Part shown: piece by piece, positions 10,884 to 21,132 of the stretch | Numbering within the stretch: the first letter of the stretch is position 1 | Layout: every line of letters starts with the position of its first letter | NCBI GenBank assembly: GCA_963845065.1 | Contig: CAWJQQ010000009.1 | Span: 672,001-736,000 of the forward strand | Direction: 5' to 3' | DNA: 64,000 bases | From: Nitrospirota bacterium | GTDB lineage: Bacteria; Nitrospirota; UBA9217 | The notes under the pieces: model-generated | Told to the model about the DNA's origin: nothing | Seen by the model: the letters and a program-made list of their open reading frames with translations, nothing else | The model's database searches: none | Translations under genes and position numbers: made by a program

Positions 10884-11415
10884 TCATCTCTTCCTGTTGT
10901 CAGTGTGTGGGATGATAGGCAGGACAGTTTTAAGATCTCCCAGCCTGTTGACCGCCTTGGTTAAAGGCATGGCTTTTACTGTTTTATGGCTAGTTGAGCC
11001 TGGCCACGGCGACAGCAGATTGCCTGAAACATTGTCTCCGTGGCAGTAGTAGCAGTTGGGAAGGTCAACGGAGTCGGTGCCGAAGAACTCAACGGGATCT
11101 CCATATGCCATGACCGGTTTGCCGCCTTTATCGTGCAGCCGGACTACCAAGTATTGATAGTCTGGCAGGTTAAGTGCGAAATCGAGCGCATGGTCCCTTT
11201 TCATGGGCTGTCGTTAAAAGCTGTCAGGGGAAGAAACCGAGCGTATCCCAGAGGTAGGACGCAGTGAGCGTGAGCTGGATGTTCTTTACCTTTGTGATTA
11301 GAGAATCGGTAAAGATCTTGTTCACACCAATGCTAACTGCGTAAGCGAGTGAGGCGTCGGAGAGGTTTTTCCCTGTCGGGCCTGCATCGAACATAACTTG
11401 AACCTGTTTTTCCAC
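10884..11415 (-). pseudogene. Probable fragmented gene with one CxxCH heme motif
   Basis: Two consecutive coding-like minus-strand ORFs (11224-11415 and 10884-11204) in different frames; CYYCH in the second. Confidence 0.3.
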
Positions 11416-11612
11416 GAATAACCGTTTTGCGTCAGACTAGTCCGGAGGGATCCACGAATATTGTGTTCAATATAAGAAAATGCAAACGACAGCAATGAAG
11501 TATTTTGCGGGCAATACCGTTGAATCCGGGATGACGTCTGAAATTGCCATCACAATACCACAAGTGTAAACTACAGTAAGAAGAATGCGCCTGGAAAGTC
11601 TATGCTAAAAAG

Positions 11613-11960
11613 TTATATAAAACAATTGTCGATCACAAATTTTGGAAACCGCTCGTCGTCAATCCTGATAAAAAAAGAGTTTACACTTCGCTTTATGCGG
11701 TTGATGTAGTAATTTCCGTCCTCTCTTACGACTCGGCCTGAGAACGGATATTTTTCTCCCTGCTTATCAATTAAGAGCTCCACCTGCTCTCCAAGGGGAA
11801 ACAGAATCAGTGGGCTTCCAACCTTTACTCCTCCACGGGATATGTCAATCGTGTAGGCCACATTTAATCCACTCATTGTCCTGACTCCCACCACGAACTG
11901 CTGTTTTATTCTTCGTCTGATTCTCTTGTCGTTTTCGTATGAACTCATGAACATCCTCAT
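11613..11960 (-). CDS. PilZ-domain protein (c-di-GMP receptor)
   Basis: RxxxR (KRIRRR) and DxSxGG (DISRGG). Confidence 0.8.
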   Translation of the reverse strand: MRMFMSSYENDKRIRRRIKQQFVVGVRTMSGLNVAYTIDISRGGVKVGSPLILFPLGEQVELLIDKQGEKYPFSGRVVREDGNYYINRIKRSVNSFFIRIDDERFPKFVIDNCFI

Positions 11961-12077
11961 TCAGAATTGAAGTAATCTATGCCGCTAACTGTTGTATGCT
12001 AACTATTTAAACTTCACGCCTACCTTTTAAGATAAAGGAAGAAGGAGAAAGAATAAAATGATAATCGATATTGACTG

Positions 12078-12308
12078 TTATTTGCTCGATACGCCCTGAT
12101 AAAGCAAGATAATGCTTCCAAACAGTGCCGAGATACGAAATACAGCTATAAATATTCTTACAATGAAGATTTGGTCTTGATTTATATCCTCTTGATGGCG
12201 TTGTTTATAGAGGTCGGCAATGTATCGTAAAATACTATTTCCATACTTAAAAAGACAGACACTGACAATTAATGAAACAATGCCTGACGTGATTCTATCT
12301 ATATCCAT
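12078..12308 (-). CDS. Small hypothetical membrane protein
   Basis: 76 aa with two hydrophobic segments. Confidence 0.4.
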   Translation of the reverse strand: MDIDRITSGIVSLIVSVCLFKYGNSILRYIADLYKQRHQEDINQDQIFIVRIFIAVFRISALFGSIILLYQGVSSK

Positions 12309-12612
12309 ACCGGCTTTATTCTTATATTTATGAATGACATCGGTCGATTAGTCTGAAATATGCCGTTTCGTTTACCAATCATAAGGGAGCTTGAGGGAGT
12401 GGTCTTGAACATTCGAACCTTCCAAGCTATGGTAGGTTTTCCAAAGAAATGAAAACTTCTAAGTAGTGTATTCCCATGAATTTCGCTGACCGATGCACTG
12501 CTGCTATCAAGGATATTTTTCTGATGCATAGAGGATACTATACTTGGGCGAAAGGGGCAAGAAAAATAAATGCCTGACTTGCCATTTATTTTTCTCTCCC
12601 CGAAATATTCAT

Positions 12613-12668
12613 CATGCCCTCGCCGAGGAAACCCCTGTCTTTAGACACGGGGAGGAATCGGCGCCTCC
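12613..12668 (+). mobile_element. IS200/IS605-type left-end hairpin (orphan or outer end)
   Basis: TCAT, 15 nt, GAAA guide, then hairpin CCCCTGTCTTTAGACACGGGG, which is 1 nt different from the right-end hairpin near 14830-14850. Confidence 0.7.
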
Positions 12669-13252
12669 TTTCCCGCTAAATTTGCACAAATACCGCGGTT
12701 GTGCTCTATTTGTGCATCTGAAATTAGTCACACAAATCAAGCTTCTTCTACGCAAGAGCAATGAGACGCACTCCGTTCCACACTTCACGCTGCCGATCTC
12801 GCCTGTAACTACGTAAGGGAACAAGCCTTGTCCGCGAAGAGCTTCCAGTAATATGACCTGCACCATCTCTGCCATAAGGGAATGCGTACCCGGTTTGTCC
12901 TGTCCGTTTAAGCAGCCGTACGGGTGATTTTCAAAGTCGCCGATTCGTACAAGCTGGATATGAAAACGAAACGGAACTTTATAGTACTAGGAAGGTTTAC
13001 TCACTATATGATGCAATTAACCGACAAGCGACCTAGGCGACCTCAAGCAGTGCATTGATTATCATTTGTCATTCTGGATAGAAATCTGGTATACTCCTGA
13101 TGTTTACTTAGTCAGGAGGGTGCATTATCTATTGCGACTGTTATTGCTTAATCTTTGGCAAAAAGGGCAATACATTTTACCAAACTATCCGCAGAAAGCC
13201 CCTGGTTTTAACCATGGGGATGAAAGCGGGAACTTTGTTTTTCAGCAATTGC

Positions 13253-13281
13253 TGGACAAATGTATATCTATATGGTATAGT
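13253..13281 (+). promoter_or_regulatory. Putative sigma70 promoter of tnpB
   Basis: TGGACA-N17-TATAGT (extended -10 TG) ending 10 nt before the ATG at 13292. Confidence 0.5.
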
Positions 13282-13291
13282 TGAGCAATCA

Positions 13292-14842
13292 ATGCCAGAT
13301 AAACTTAAAACTCCAACATTTATCCACGAGTTTCAACTCGTAACAACCCCAAAAGACAATCGAATGCTTAATGTCCGACTCGAAGCTGGCCGTTATCTAT
13401 ATAATGCCTGTCTTGGTGAAGCGATGAAACGTCTTGCCGCCATGCGTAGCTCTAAAAAATGGCGTTCAGCGATCAAGAAAAAAAGCAAGCTTAGCACCAA
13501 GATGTTTAAGACAGCCAGAAACAAGGCTGAATATACCGAATACCACATTCACAACTACGTCGGTATCCTACGTAACTCCTGCTGGATCGGTGACCACATT
13601 GACAGCCTGGCCGCCCAGAAGATAGCGACCAGGTCGTTTAATGCCGTTGCTGACTACGAGTTCGGGAAGCATGGGAAACCACGGTTCAAGCGTCGTGGCT
13701 GGATGTCTTCGCTCGAAGGCAAAAACAACAAGTCTGGTATTCGGTGGTGCGATGACCATGTTGAATGGTCTGGACTTAGCCTTACCTGTGTCTTCGACAA
13801 AAAAGACAAGTTTGGCGTTCAGGCACATGCGCTTAGCCATGATGTTAAATATGTTCGTTTGGTGAAGAAAACCATCTGCGGTAACGCCTGCTGGTTCGCC
13901 CAACTCGTGCTTAAAGGCACGGCCAGGATCAAGCGTGAAAATATGATCGGCACCGAAACGGTCGGCCTTGATATTGGTCCATCCACGGGTGCTATCGTTA
14001 GCGATACCGATGCGTTGCTCGTAGCATTTTGTCCGGAAGTCGAGATTCCGTACAAACAAATCCGCGTGGTTCAGCGTAAGATGGCCAGAAGCCTGAGGGC
14101 TGCCAACCCGGACAACTACAACGAAGACGGCACGACCAAGACCGGTGCCGGCAAGGGTAAAAAACGGTGGATATTCTCTGCTAAATACCGTGCGCTTAAG
14201 GCTGAACTAGCCGAGCTACAGCGAGTTTTGGCTGAAACCAGAAAACGGGCTCATGGCACGTTAACCAATGAAATTCTTAAGCTCGGAACCAACATAAAGA
14301 CCGAGAAACTGTCGTACAGAGCATTCCAGAAACTCTATGGTAAAAGTATTTCAAGACGCGCTCCGGGGATGTTTATTTCGATGCTTCGCCGCAAAGCCGA
14401 AAACGCTGGCGGTAAAGTAACTGAATTTTCTACCCGGAGCACGAAGCTTTCAGAGACATGCCACTGCGGGGAAGTAGCCAAAAAACCGCTATCCCAAAGA
14501 TGGCATGACTGTAACTGAGGGGTAAACACTCAACGCGATCTCTACTCCGCATATCTTGCAAAATATGTTTTTGAAAATGTCCTCGACACGCGTCAAGCCG
14601 CAGCAGCTTGGCCGGGTGCAAACCTGCTCCTGGAACGGGCGGTGTTGAGGGTGCAGTTTGAAGCGGCAAATGGCCGGATTCATCCGGCCAGCTTCGGTAT
14701 TAACAACATGAGAGCCAACACCACGAACCGGAGACAGAGTTGCTTGCCCGTTAAAAACGGATCAACGATAGTCGATGCCGGCAACCTCTGTATTGTTGCC
14801 GGAAAGCCTGTCGGTATTGCCGTTAGAACCCCCTGTCTTTAG
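13292..14842 (+). pseudogene. tnpB: RNA-guided endonuclease TnpB, interrupted by one in-frame TGA (14516-14518)
   Basis: RuvC-I VGLDIGPST, RuvC-II KTEKLSY, Zn finger CHCG...HDCN*G. RuvC-III QRDLYSA lies after the stop, and the frame stays open to TAG at 14842. Confidence 0.85.
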
Positions 14843-15013
14843 ACATGGGGTAGGTCAGATGCTGAGTAGTAACCATTGCTGAAATATACAATGTCAATCG
14901 GCAGAAAATGGATGGCCCGTGCAACAGGAAACAAAACAGACATATAGGATCTCAACAAATTTTGCTGATCATTGCAGCCTCTAGACATCGAATAAGACCA
15001 CGAGGAGTTTAAT

Positions 15014-16003
15014 ATGTCAAAAAAACCGTTTTCCAAGAAGGTGTTGGATATCGATCTTGAGATGGTAAGCCATCAAATAGCAGACACCCTAAAACAGCAG
15101 GTATTTGCCCAGCTCAAACGGAAAGGGGTTGTTCTGGGCATTTCAGGCGGTATCGATAGCAGTGTGTCCGCGGCTCTTTGCGCAAAGGCGTTGGGCTCAG
15201 ATCGCGTCACCGCGTTGCTGATGCCTGAGCTAGATTCTTCCGATGACAGCGTGAGACTAGGCGGTCTTCTGGCAAGCAGCCTCGGCATTGAGACCATCCT
15301 GGAAGATATAGGTCCTCTTCTTAAAGCAGCGGGATGTTATCAGCGTCGGGATGAAGCAATACGCGACCTAGTTCCCGAATACACCGATAAATATAAATCA
15401 AAGATTGTGCTTGCTAACATCCTGGAGAATCAAGGGTTCAATTTTTTCCGTCTCGTGGTTGAGTCAGACAAGGGAGTGCAGAAGACCGTAAGATTGACTG
15501 CAAAATCCTACTTGGGAATTGTCGCAGCGACTAATATGAAGCAGCGCGCCAGAAAATTTTACGAATATTATCATGCTGACCGGCTTCATTACGCCGTGGC
15601 CGGCACTCCGAACAGGTTGGAATATGATCAGGGTTTTTTTGTGAAGAACGGTGATGGAGCCGCCGATCTGAAACCAATTGCACACCTTTACAAAAGTCAG
15701 GTCTACCAGCTCGCGGCATATCTGGCCATTCCTGAGGAGATTCAACGACGTCCTCCAACGACGGATACCTATTCACTGCAGCAATCTCAGGAGGAGTTTT
15801 ATTTTTCTATCCCTTACGACAAGATGGACCTTTGTCTCTATGGAAAGAATCATAATGTGTCAACCGTTGAGGTGGCCGATGTCATAGGATTAACCACTGA
15901 ACAAGTGGAACGTATTTATCGGGATATTGACATCAAGCGAAATACAACACGTTATCAACATTTGAAGCCTTTACTGATTGAAAATGTTGACGAGATTTTA
16001 TAA
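15014..16003 (+). CDS. nadE: NAD(+) synthetase, ammonia-dependent
   Basis: LGISGGIDSS, ATNMKQR, GTPNRLE, GFFVKNGDGAADLKPIAHLYKSQVY. Confidence 0.92.
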   Translation: MSKKPFSKKVLDIDLEMVSHQIADTLKQQVFAQLKRKGVVLGISGGIDSSVSAALCAKALGSDRVTALLMPELDSSDDSVRLGGLLASSLGIETILEDIGPLLKAAGCYQRRDEAIRDLVPEYTDKYKSKIVLANILENQGFNFFRLVVESDKGVQKTVRLTAKSYLGIVAATNMKQRARKFYEYYHADRLHYAVAGTPNRLEYDQGFFVKNGDGAADLKPIAHLYKSQVYQLAAYLAIPEEIQRRPPTTDTYSLQQSQEEFYFSIPYDKMDLCLYGKNHNVSTVEVADVIGLTTEQVERIYRDIDIKRNTTRYQHLKPLLIENVDEIL

Positions 16004-16068
16004 AACCTTATAGTGGAGAGGGCAATCCTCCTGAAAGTTTTCCATGCTCCCCTGCCATTTGAACTTGG

Positions 16069-16263
16069 CTATTTCAAAGTGCAGGTTGCCTCCACTACCG
16101 CGTGGGTCTCTTCCTTGTTCACGTCTATTGTCTGATAGTAAATATAGTCGTTAACCATATCGCAAAGCTCTTTGTGGGGAACATCCGGTTTCAATTCAAG
16201 GACTTCCGCTTGAAATAACTTTGCAGCGTCGGCAGCCATTTCTTTCTTTTCTATCCTGCTCAT
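16069..16263 (-). CDS. Small hypothetical protein
   Basis: 64 aa with a strong AGGAGG RBS and coding-like composition. Confidence 0.55.
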   Translation of the reverse strand: MSRIEKKEMAADAAKLFQAEVLELKPDVPHKELCDMVNDYIYYQTIDVNKEETHAVVEATCTLK

Positions 16264-16448
16264 TATGCCTCCTTTCAGGCACGGAAACCAACAGCGACAC
16301 GCACTCGTTTGCGAGCCCTTTAATATCTATGAAGGAAAGAAGTCTATTCTTGTCTTTATTATATCATACGCTAACTTTCCTTTTTTAACATCTTAAGATC
16401 AGGTCTTTTATTATTATGATATTACTTATTTTTTCTGACAAAGTATGC

Positions 16449-16580
16449 ACATAACCCACCCTCCGCATAGAATACGGTGGCGCCGTCTATCGCATAATTC
16501 CACGCGGCAATGGGGAAAAGGTCATATTCAAAGACGCCAAGCGCAACATCAATTTTTTGATCATGTTCCAGCATATTAAA
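16449..16580 (+). pseudogene. N-terminal remnant of a REP-associated (RAYT-like) Y1 tyrosine transposase
   Basis: Manual translation LRIEYGGAVYRIIPRGNGEKVIFKDAKRNINFL resembles the RAYT N-terminus (RPLRIEYPGAVYHxxxRGNxxxxIF); no proper start and no continuation. Confidence 0.6.
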
Positions 16581-17021
16581 GGACAGGTCCTTTGTTCCAG
16601 GAAAGATATAGGTTGAAGAGAAGGTAATTGCGCATGATGACACGTGCATCATTACAGACCTGACAAATTCTAACCCTACTCTGAATGTTGTAGATTATAT
16701 CTGATGTCATCAACCTGGTAACTGTATTGTTACTGTCCTTTTAACGTCCTGCAAAAGAAAAACTAATTTATGGGTGATATAAAATTCTCGAATTGGTTGG
16801 CATGGAGAGGGGTACCGAGCCTCCGCTATGGTCACTACTCATAAAGCCATATGGAGACTGTGCGCGCAATTCTACTTTAATTTATCCTTTAAGATTGTTT
16901 AACAATGATGTAAAATTGGTATAGTGTTAAAAAAATCTATGAAATGCTAGTGCTATATAATTGGTGTGGTGTGGGCAGCGGACTAATTCCCCTTAGCATT
17001 GGGCAATCAGGGAAGTAATGA

Positions 17022-17444
17022 ATGTGCGAGGGTTGTCATGGGATTGCACCCTGCATTTCTTCATTTGATGTTCGGGGGAATAACATAAGAAGGCTAATAT
17101 ATGTGTTTGTCATGGTGCTGTACTTGGCTATTCTGACTGCTGGTTGCACCAAGACATTGATGGAGGAGGTGGAAGATGCCCACAGAAAGCTATCTTCATT
17201 GGACTCAACAAATTGCGAGCAGGTCGCGTCCGTCATTGAGAAAATGCCTGCGCTTATAGCTCAGGGAGTAACAGAAGATCAGTTGACGGTTTTGATGGAA
17301 CCGATGAAACAATATTGCCCTGAATCCCCAACTATTGCCCACAACTTTATCAGCAGAGTTCAAAAGAAAAGGTATACTGAATCCGAAATTCACTTTGTTG
17401 CCTATATCGAATGTGCGAAGGTTCTTAGTGCCAAAAGTAAATAG
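17022..17444 (+). CDS. Hypothetical lipoprotein
   Basis: Hydrophobic stretch ending in a lipobox-like LTAGC; start uncertain. Confidence 0.45.
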   Translation: MCEGCHGIAPCISSFDVRGNNIRRLIYVFVMVLYLAILTAGCTKTLMEEVEDAHRKLSSLDSTNCEQVASVIEKMPALIAQGVTEDQLTVLMEPMKQYCPESPTIAHNFISRVQKKRYTESEIHFVAYIECAKVLSAKSK

Positions 17445-17844
17445 AAATGTTGACCGCTGCGAAAACGGTAGATGTTTTTTATTTACAGATTTCTAACGCA
17501 ATACTGACCAAAGCGGCCAACGCTCATGATGATTTTCTGATAAATTCGACAATTTTCACGATCTCGCTGTCATCGCTCAGAAGATCGTAATCGTTGAACG
17601 ATCCACGGTAACTAGGCTTCGATAGTAGGTACATATCCTGCCACTACCTTAAAGACCATAGGACGCAAGTCCTGCCAGATGCCATTAATCCTGTAACTGT
17701 CCTGTTCCGTTATTGCCTATTAAAGAAATACGCAATTGTTATTCTACAACCCTTGATTTGCTTGAACGACAAAGGGATTTTGATCCCCTGCGATGACATG
17801 ACTTAAGATCTTTGGGACAAAGAATCGCATTAGCTGCGTTGGCG

Positions 17845-18600
17845 TTATGATTTCCCCCCTTCCCCCAGCAAGCCCACCATTTCATCCTTTAGCGCCACTC
17901 CGGAAATGCCGCGTCGAATGGCTTCCTCAGTTAAGTAAAGCAGTTTTGCGGCGGCGGCCTCGTAGCTCAAACCTTCTGGTGGTCTTATATTGGAGATGCA
18001 GTTCCGCTTCTCGTCGGTGTTGCCCGGTTGAGGCGCATAGGTCAGGTAAATGCCGAGACTGTCGGCGGCGCTTAGGCCCGGACGCTCGCCGACGATGATC
18101 ACTGCTACTCGCGCGGCAACAATGCTGCCGATATCGTCCGATAAAGCAACGCGGCCGTTGGCAACCAGGGAAACTGGAGCGATACGAATTTGCCGCGTAC
18201 GATAATCGTTTACTATCGCCTTCAGCAACGGAATCCCATGCCGCTCGATGGCGGTCGCGGACAGGCCGTTAGTTACAATGAGCGCCACGTCCGCTTCACT
18301 TACATTGGCATTTCTCAACCGGTTTCTCGATTCTTCGGTGAGAACTCGGCCGAGGTCAGGTCGACGGAGATACTCATCGCGGCTTCCGATGGGCGTATCC
18401 AGGATCAGAACCTTTTCACCGAGACCTCGGAGCAGCTCGGCAAAAGCACCGATGTCCCAGGGAAAGTGTACCGCGTCCCGCGCCTCCGCATGGGCCAGTT
18501 GAAACTCCAGCAGAACATGTGTGGGAACAGAGTGACCGGCCCGTCCCAAGGCGATACGTGCCTGAGTAAACCGGCGTAAGGCAATCCATGAGTCGGTCAT
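17845..18600 (-). CDS. eutC: Ethanolamine ammonia-lyase small subunit
   Basis: TQARIALGRAG, HAEARDAV, YLRRPDLGR, GERPGLS, RNCISNIRP; overlaps the eutB stop. Confidence 0.95.
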   Translation of the reverse strand: MTDSWIALRRFTQARIALGRAGHSVPTHVLLEFQLAHAEARDAVHFPWDIGAFAELLRGLGEKVLILDTPIGSRDEYLRRPDLGRVLTEESRNRLRNANVSEADVALIVTNGLSATAIERHGIPLLKAIVNDYRTRQIRIAPVSLVANGRVALSDDIGSIVAARVAVIIVGERPGLSAADSLGIYLTYAPQPGNTDEKRNCISNIRPPEGLSYEAAAAKLLYLTEEAIRRGISGVALKDEMVGLLGEGGKS

Positions 18601-20003
18601 GGCTCTCCTTTCGTCAGCTCGTTGATAGCGCCGAGAAGCCGTGGCGATTTGACGCCCCGACTTAAGGCGTTGCGCCCATCAAATATCCCCATGTGGTTCA
18701 GCCAATTCTCAAATTCGGGGGCGGGTCTGAGTCCCAGCATGCGGCGGAGATACAGCGCGTCATGGAACGAGGTGCTCTGGTAGGCCAGCATGACGTCGTC
18801 GGCACCGGGAACGCCCATTATATAGGTGCAGCCGGCCACGGCCAGCAAAGTCATCAAATTGTCCATGTCGTTTTGGTCTGCTTCAGCGTGGTTTGTGTAG
18901 CACACATCGCAGCCCATGGGCAGGCCCAGCAGTTTCCCACAGAAATGGTCTTCCAGCCCTGCCCGGATAATCTGCTTACCGTTGTACAGATATTCGGGCC
19001 CGATGAAACCGACTACAGTATTGACCAGAAGAGGCGAGAATGCGCGTGCGACGGCATATGCCCGCGCCTCGCAGGTTTGTGCATCGATTCCGTGATGAGC
19101 GTTGGCGGACAGCGCGCTGCCTTGACCGGTTTCGAAATACATTAGGTTGTCGCCCAAGGTACCACGCCCCATGGCAAGTGCCGTCGCGCGGGCTTCTGCA
19201 AGCAGTTTCAGGTTTATTCCAAAGCTTTTGTTGGCCACCTCGGTCCCGGCTATGGACTGAAACACCAAATCAACCGGAGCACCGAGATGCATCAGTTTAA
19301 GAGTGGTGGTGACATGGGCAAGTACGCAGGATTGGGTAGGGATTTCATGCCGTTTGATGATGTCGTTCAGAAGGTGAAGCAGGCGTTCAACATTCTTTGG
19401 GCTATCCGTCGCCGGGTTAATGCCGATAACCGCGTCGCCGCTGCCGTAAAGTAAACCGTCCAGTACGCTAGCGGCGATGCCGCGGGGATCGTCAGTAGGA
19501 TGATTGGGTTGCAGCCGTGTGGCGAGTCGGCCCGGTAGTCCAATAGTGTTGCGGAACCGGGTGGTCACGAAGCAGCGTCTGGCCACTGCTATTAAATCCT
19601 GGTTGCGCATGATCTTGGAAACCGCTGCTGTCATTTCTGGCGTAAGCCCTAAGCGAACGTCAGCAATTTCTTTATCCGAAGTGGCATCGGTAAGCAGCCA
19701 TTCGCGAAATTCACCCACGGTGAAAGAAGAGATTGGAGCAAACGCATTTCTGTCGTGGGATTCTTCAATGAGCCGGCTGACCTCATCTTCATCTGGCGGG
19801 ATCAATGGTTCTGCGAGAAACTTCGTCAACGGCAGGTCGGCTAGAAGCCATTGTGCGACAGCCCGCTCTTCTTCCGAGGTTGCAGCAATTCCAGCCAACT
19901 CATCTGCCGACCTCTGAGGCGACGCCTTAGCCAGCAAGGTTTTAAGGTCCTCGAAGCTGTAGTTTCGTCCTCTGAAGTTTTTGGCGTATTTCATACCGGT
20001 CAA
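18597..20003 (-). CDS. eutB: Ethanolamine ammonia-lyase large subunit
   Basis: RLQPNHPTDD, GDAVIGINPA, YFETGQGS, VGFIGPEY, GLEDHFCGKL, DVCYTNH. Confidence 0.96.
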   Translation of the reverse strand: MTGMKYAKNFRGRNYSFEDLKTLLAKASPQRSADELAGIAATSEEERAVAQWLLADLPLTKFLAEPLIPPDEDEVSRLIEESHDRNAFAPISSFTVGEFREWLLTDATSDKEIADVRLGLTPEMTAAVSKIMRNQDLIAVARRCFVTTRFRNTIGLPGRLATRLQPNHPTDDPRGIAASVLDGLLYGSGDAVIGINPATDSPKNVERLLHLLNDIIKRHEIPTQSCVLAHVTTTLKLMHLGAPVDLVFQSIAGTEVANKSFGINLKLLAEARATALAMGRGTLGDNLMYFETGQGSALSANAHHGIDAQTCEARAYAVARAFSPLLVNTVVGFIGPEYLYNGKQIIRAGLEDHFCGKLLGLPMGCDVCYTNHAEADQNDMDNLMTLLAVAGCTYIMGVPGADDVMLAYQSTSFHDALYLRRMLGLRPAPEFENWLNHMGIFDGRNALSRGVKSPRLLGAINELTKGEP

Positions 20004-20244
20004 TCTCTAGGAGAGGAAAAATACCAAAATGGTGCAAATCAATTTTATGTTCTGGTGCTATTGGACGATGGACGCATCAACCACAATCATGATTTTCTGG
20101 CAAAAAGGTTATTATCGGAATAGCTGAGATGGAGGTTATCATAGACCCTATGCCTGGTCAATAAAAAATATTTTGATTTCTCCAATGAATTTTATAACAC
20201 TTTATTTGGATTAATATGCAAAAATGAATATTAGTCCCTGCGTG

Positions 20245-20290
20245 TCAGTCGTCGCGCGAGAAACACCACATGCTTTAGCGGTGGGATGAA
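20245..20290 (+). mobile_element. Degenerate IS200/IS605 left-end hairpin
   Basis: CACCACATGCTTTAGCGGTGGGATGAA has the same TTTA loop and GGGATGAA tail as the 13181 left end. Confidence 0.4.
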
Positions 20291-20419
20291 AAAAACAAAT
20301 TTCTACTATGTTGATGTCATAATAACTGTGTTCCACAACAGAGAAATAGCTCCTAGCTTTGTTATTTGAATAAAAGAGCATGAGGTTCCGTTAAGAAGGT
20401 TGCCGGACAAAACTTTTGC

Positions 20420-20866
20420 CCGTTAAGAACCTGCTTGTCCAAGAATTCAGCGGGATCGCTTAGTTGATTGAGAACAAAGTGCAACATTGTTTCATCTTCG
20501 CCAGTGTTAAGAATGGTCTGTGGAATTTTTCAGCGCTCCGCAAATCATCGGCTCGCCCAGATGGTCTTCCCCTGAAAATCAATCACAAGAATACCTTCAA
20601 CGGTAGCATTAAGGATTCCCTGCAGGTGAACGTCCTTATGCTTGAGTGTTTCTCACCTTTTTGCGCTCGGTGATGTCGTTTGCTGCATAAACGATCACAA
20701 CTGGGGAATTATCCAATAAATTTGTTATCGTGGATACGGAGACGCTGACTCCTATCGATGCCCATTCCTGCTGCGCCATGTCATTTCTTGGAAAGAGGAT
20801 TTCCTGTCCAAGGAAGTATTGGTGAATGCTGCCAGAGCAGGAATACAGGAATAATTGAACCTATAT
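20420..20866 (-). pseudogene. Decayed PAS-PAS sensor fragment paralogous to the 51554-54517 kinase
   Basis: Reverse complement of about 20655-20866 aligns by eye with about 52399-52605 (e.g. CGTCTCCGTATCCACGAT, GATCGTTTATGC, GACATCACC). A second PAS follows (ILNATVEGILVIDFQGK...LHFVLNQLSDPAEFL) with stops. Confidence 0.7.
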
Positions 20867-21132
20867 GACTGCCGAGGTTTACAACAATGAAGAAGCTTAT
20901 GGGGCGACGTCCGAATAGATAGATGGGGAGGACAAAAGTTGATAGAAAATCCCGCGCTCAGGTAACTGCGGCGAAAGCTATAAGCAGTCCTATCATTCTT
21001 TTTTTTTGTTGCTCAGTCGGAACGCGTCACTGGAACCTTGCTGCATTTTTCGTTTAGCTTCGTTATCTTACACAGCATATGATAAATGGTGGTGCTAGAA
21101 TTAATTTAGAGGAATGATGAAAATAATGAATC

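Larger units (their letters stand above)
13181..14858 (+). mobile_element. IS200/IS605-family tnpB-only (IS1341-like) element
   Basis: Left end: TTAC target (13177-13180), AAAG guide, hairpin CCCCTGGTTTTAACCATGGGG. Right end: GAAC guide, hairpin CCCCTGTCTTTAGACATGGGG, TCAG end at 14858. Both fit the IS608 guide/cleavage pairing rule. Confidence 0.85.

Noticed and set aside
12612..12875. 87-aa minus-strand ORF ending ADSSPCLKTGVSSAR, suggestive of an IscB/IsrB tail
   Set aside because: The tail is only the translated IS end hairpin; no PLMP, RuvC or HNH motifs.
14516..14570. Selenocysteine recoding of the TnpB TGA
   Set aside because: No recognisable bacterial SECIS at the usual spacing; a nonsense mutation is simpler given the many pseudogenes nearby.
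12500..15000. CRISPR array next to the Cas12n-like TnpB
   Set aside because: No regularly spaced direct repeats were seen here or elsewhere in the window.
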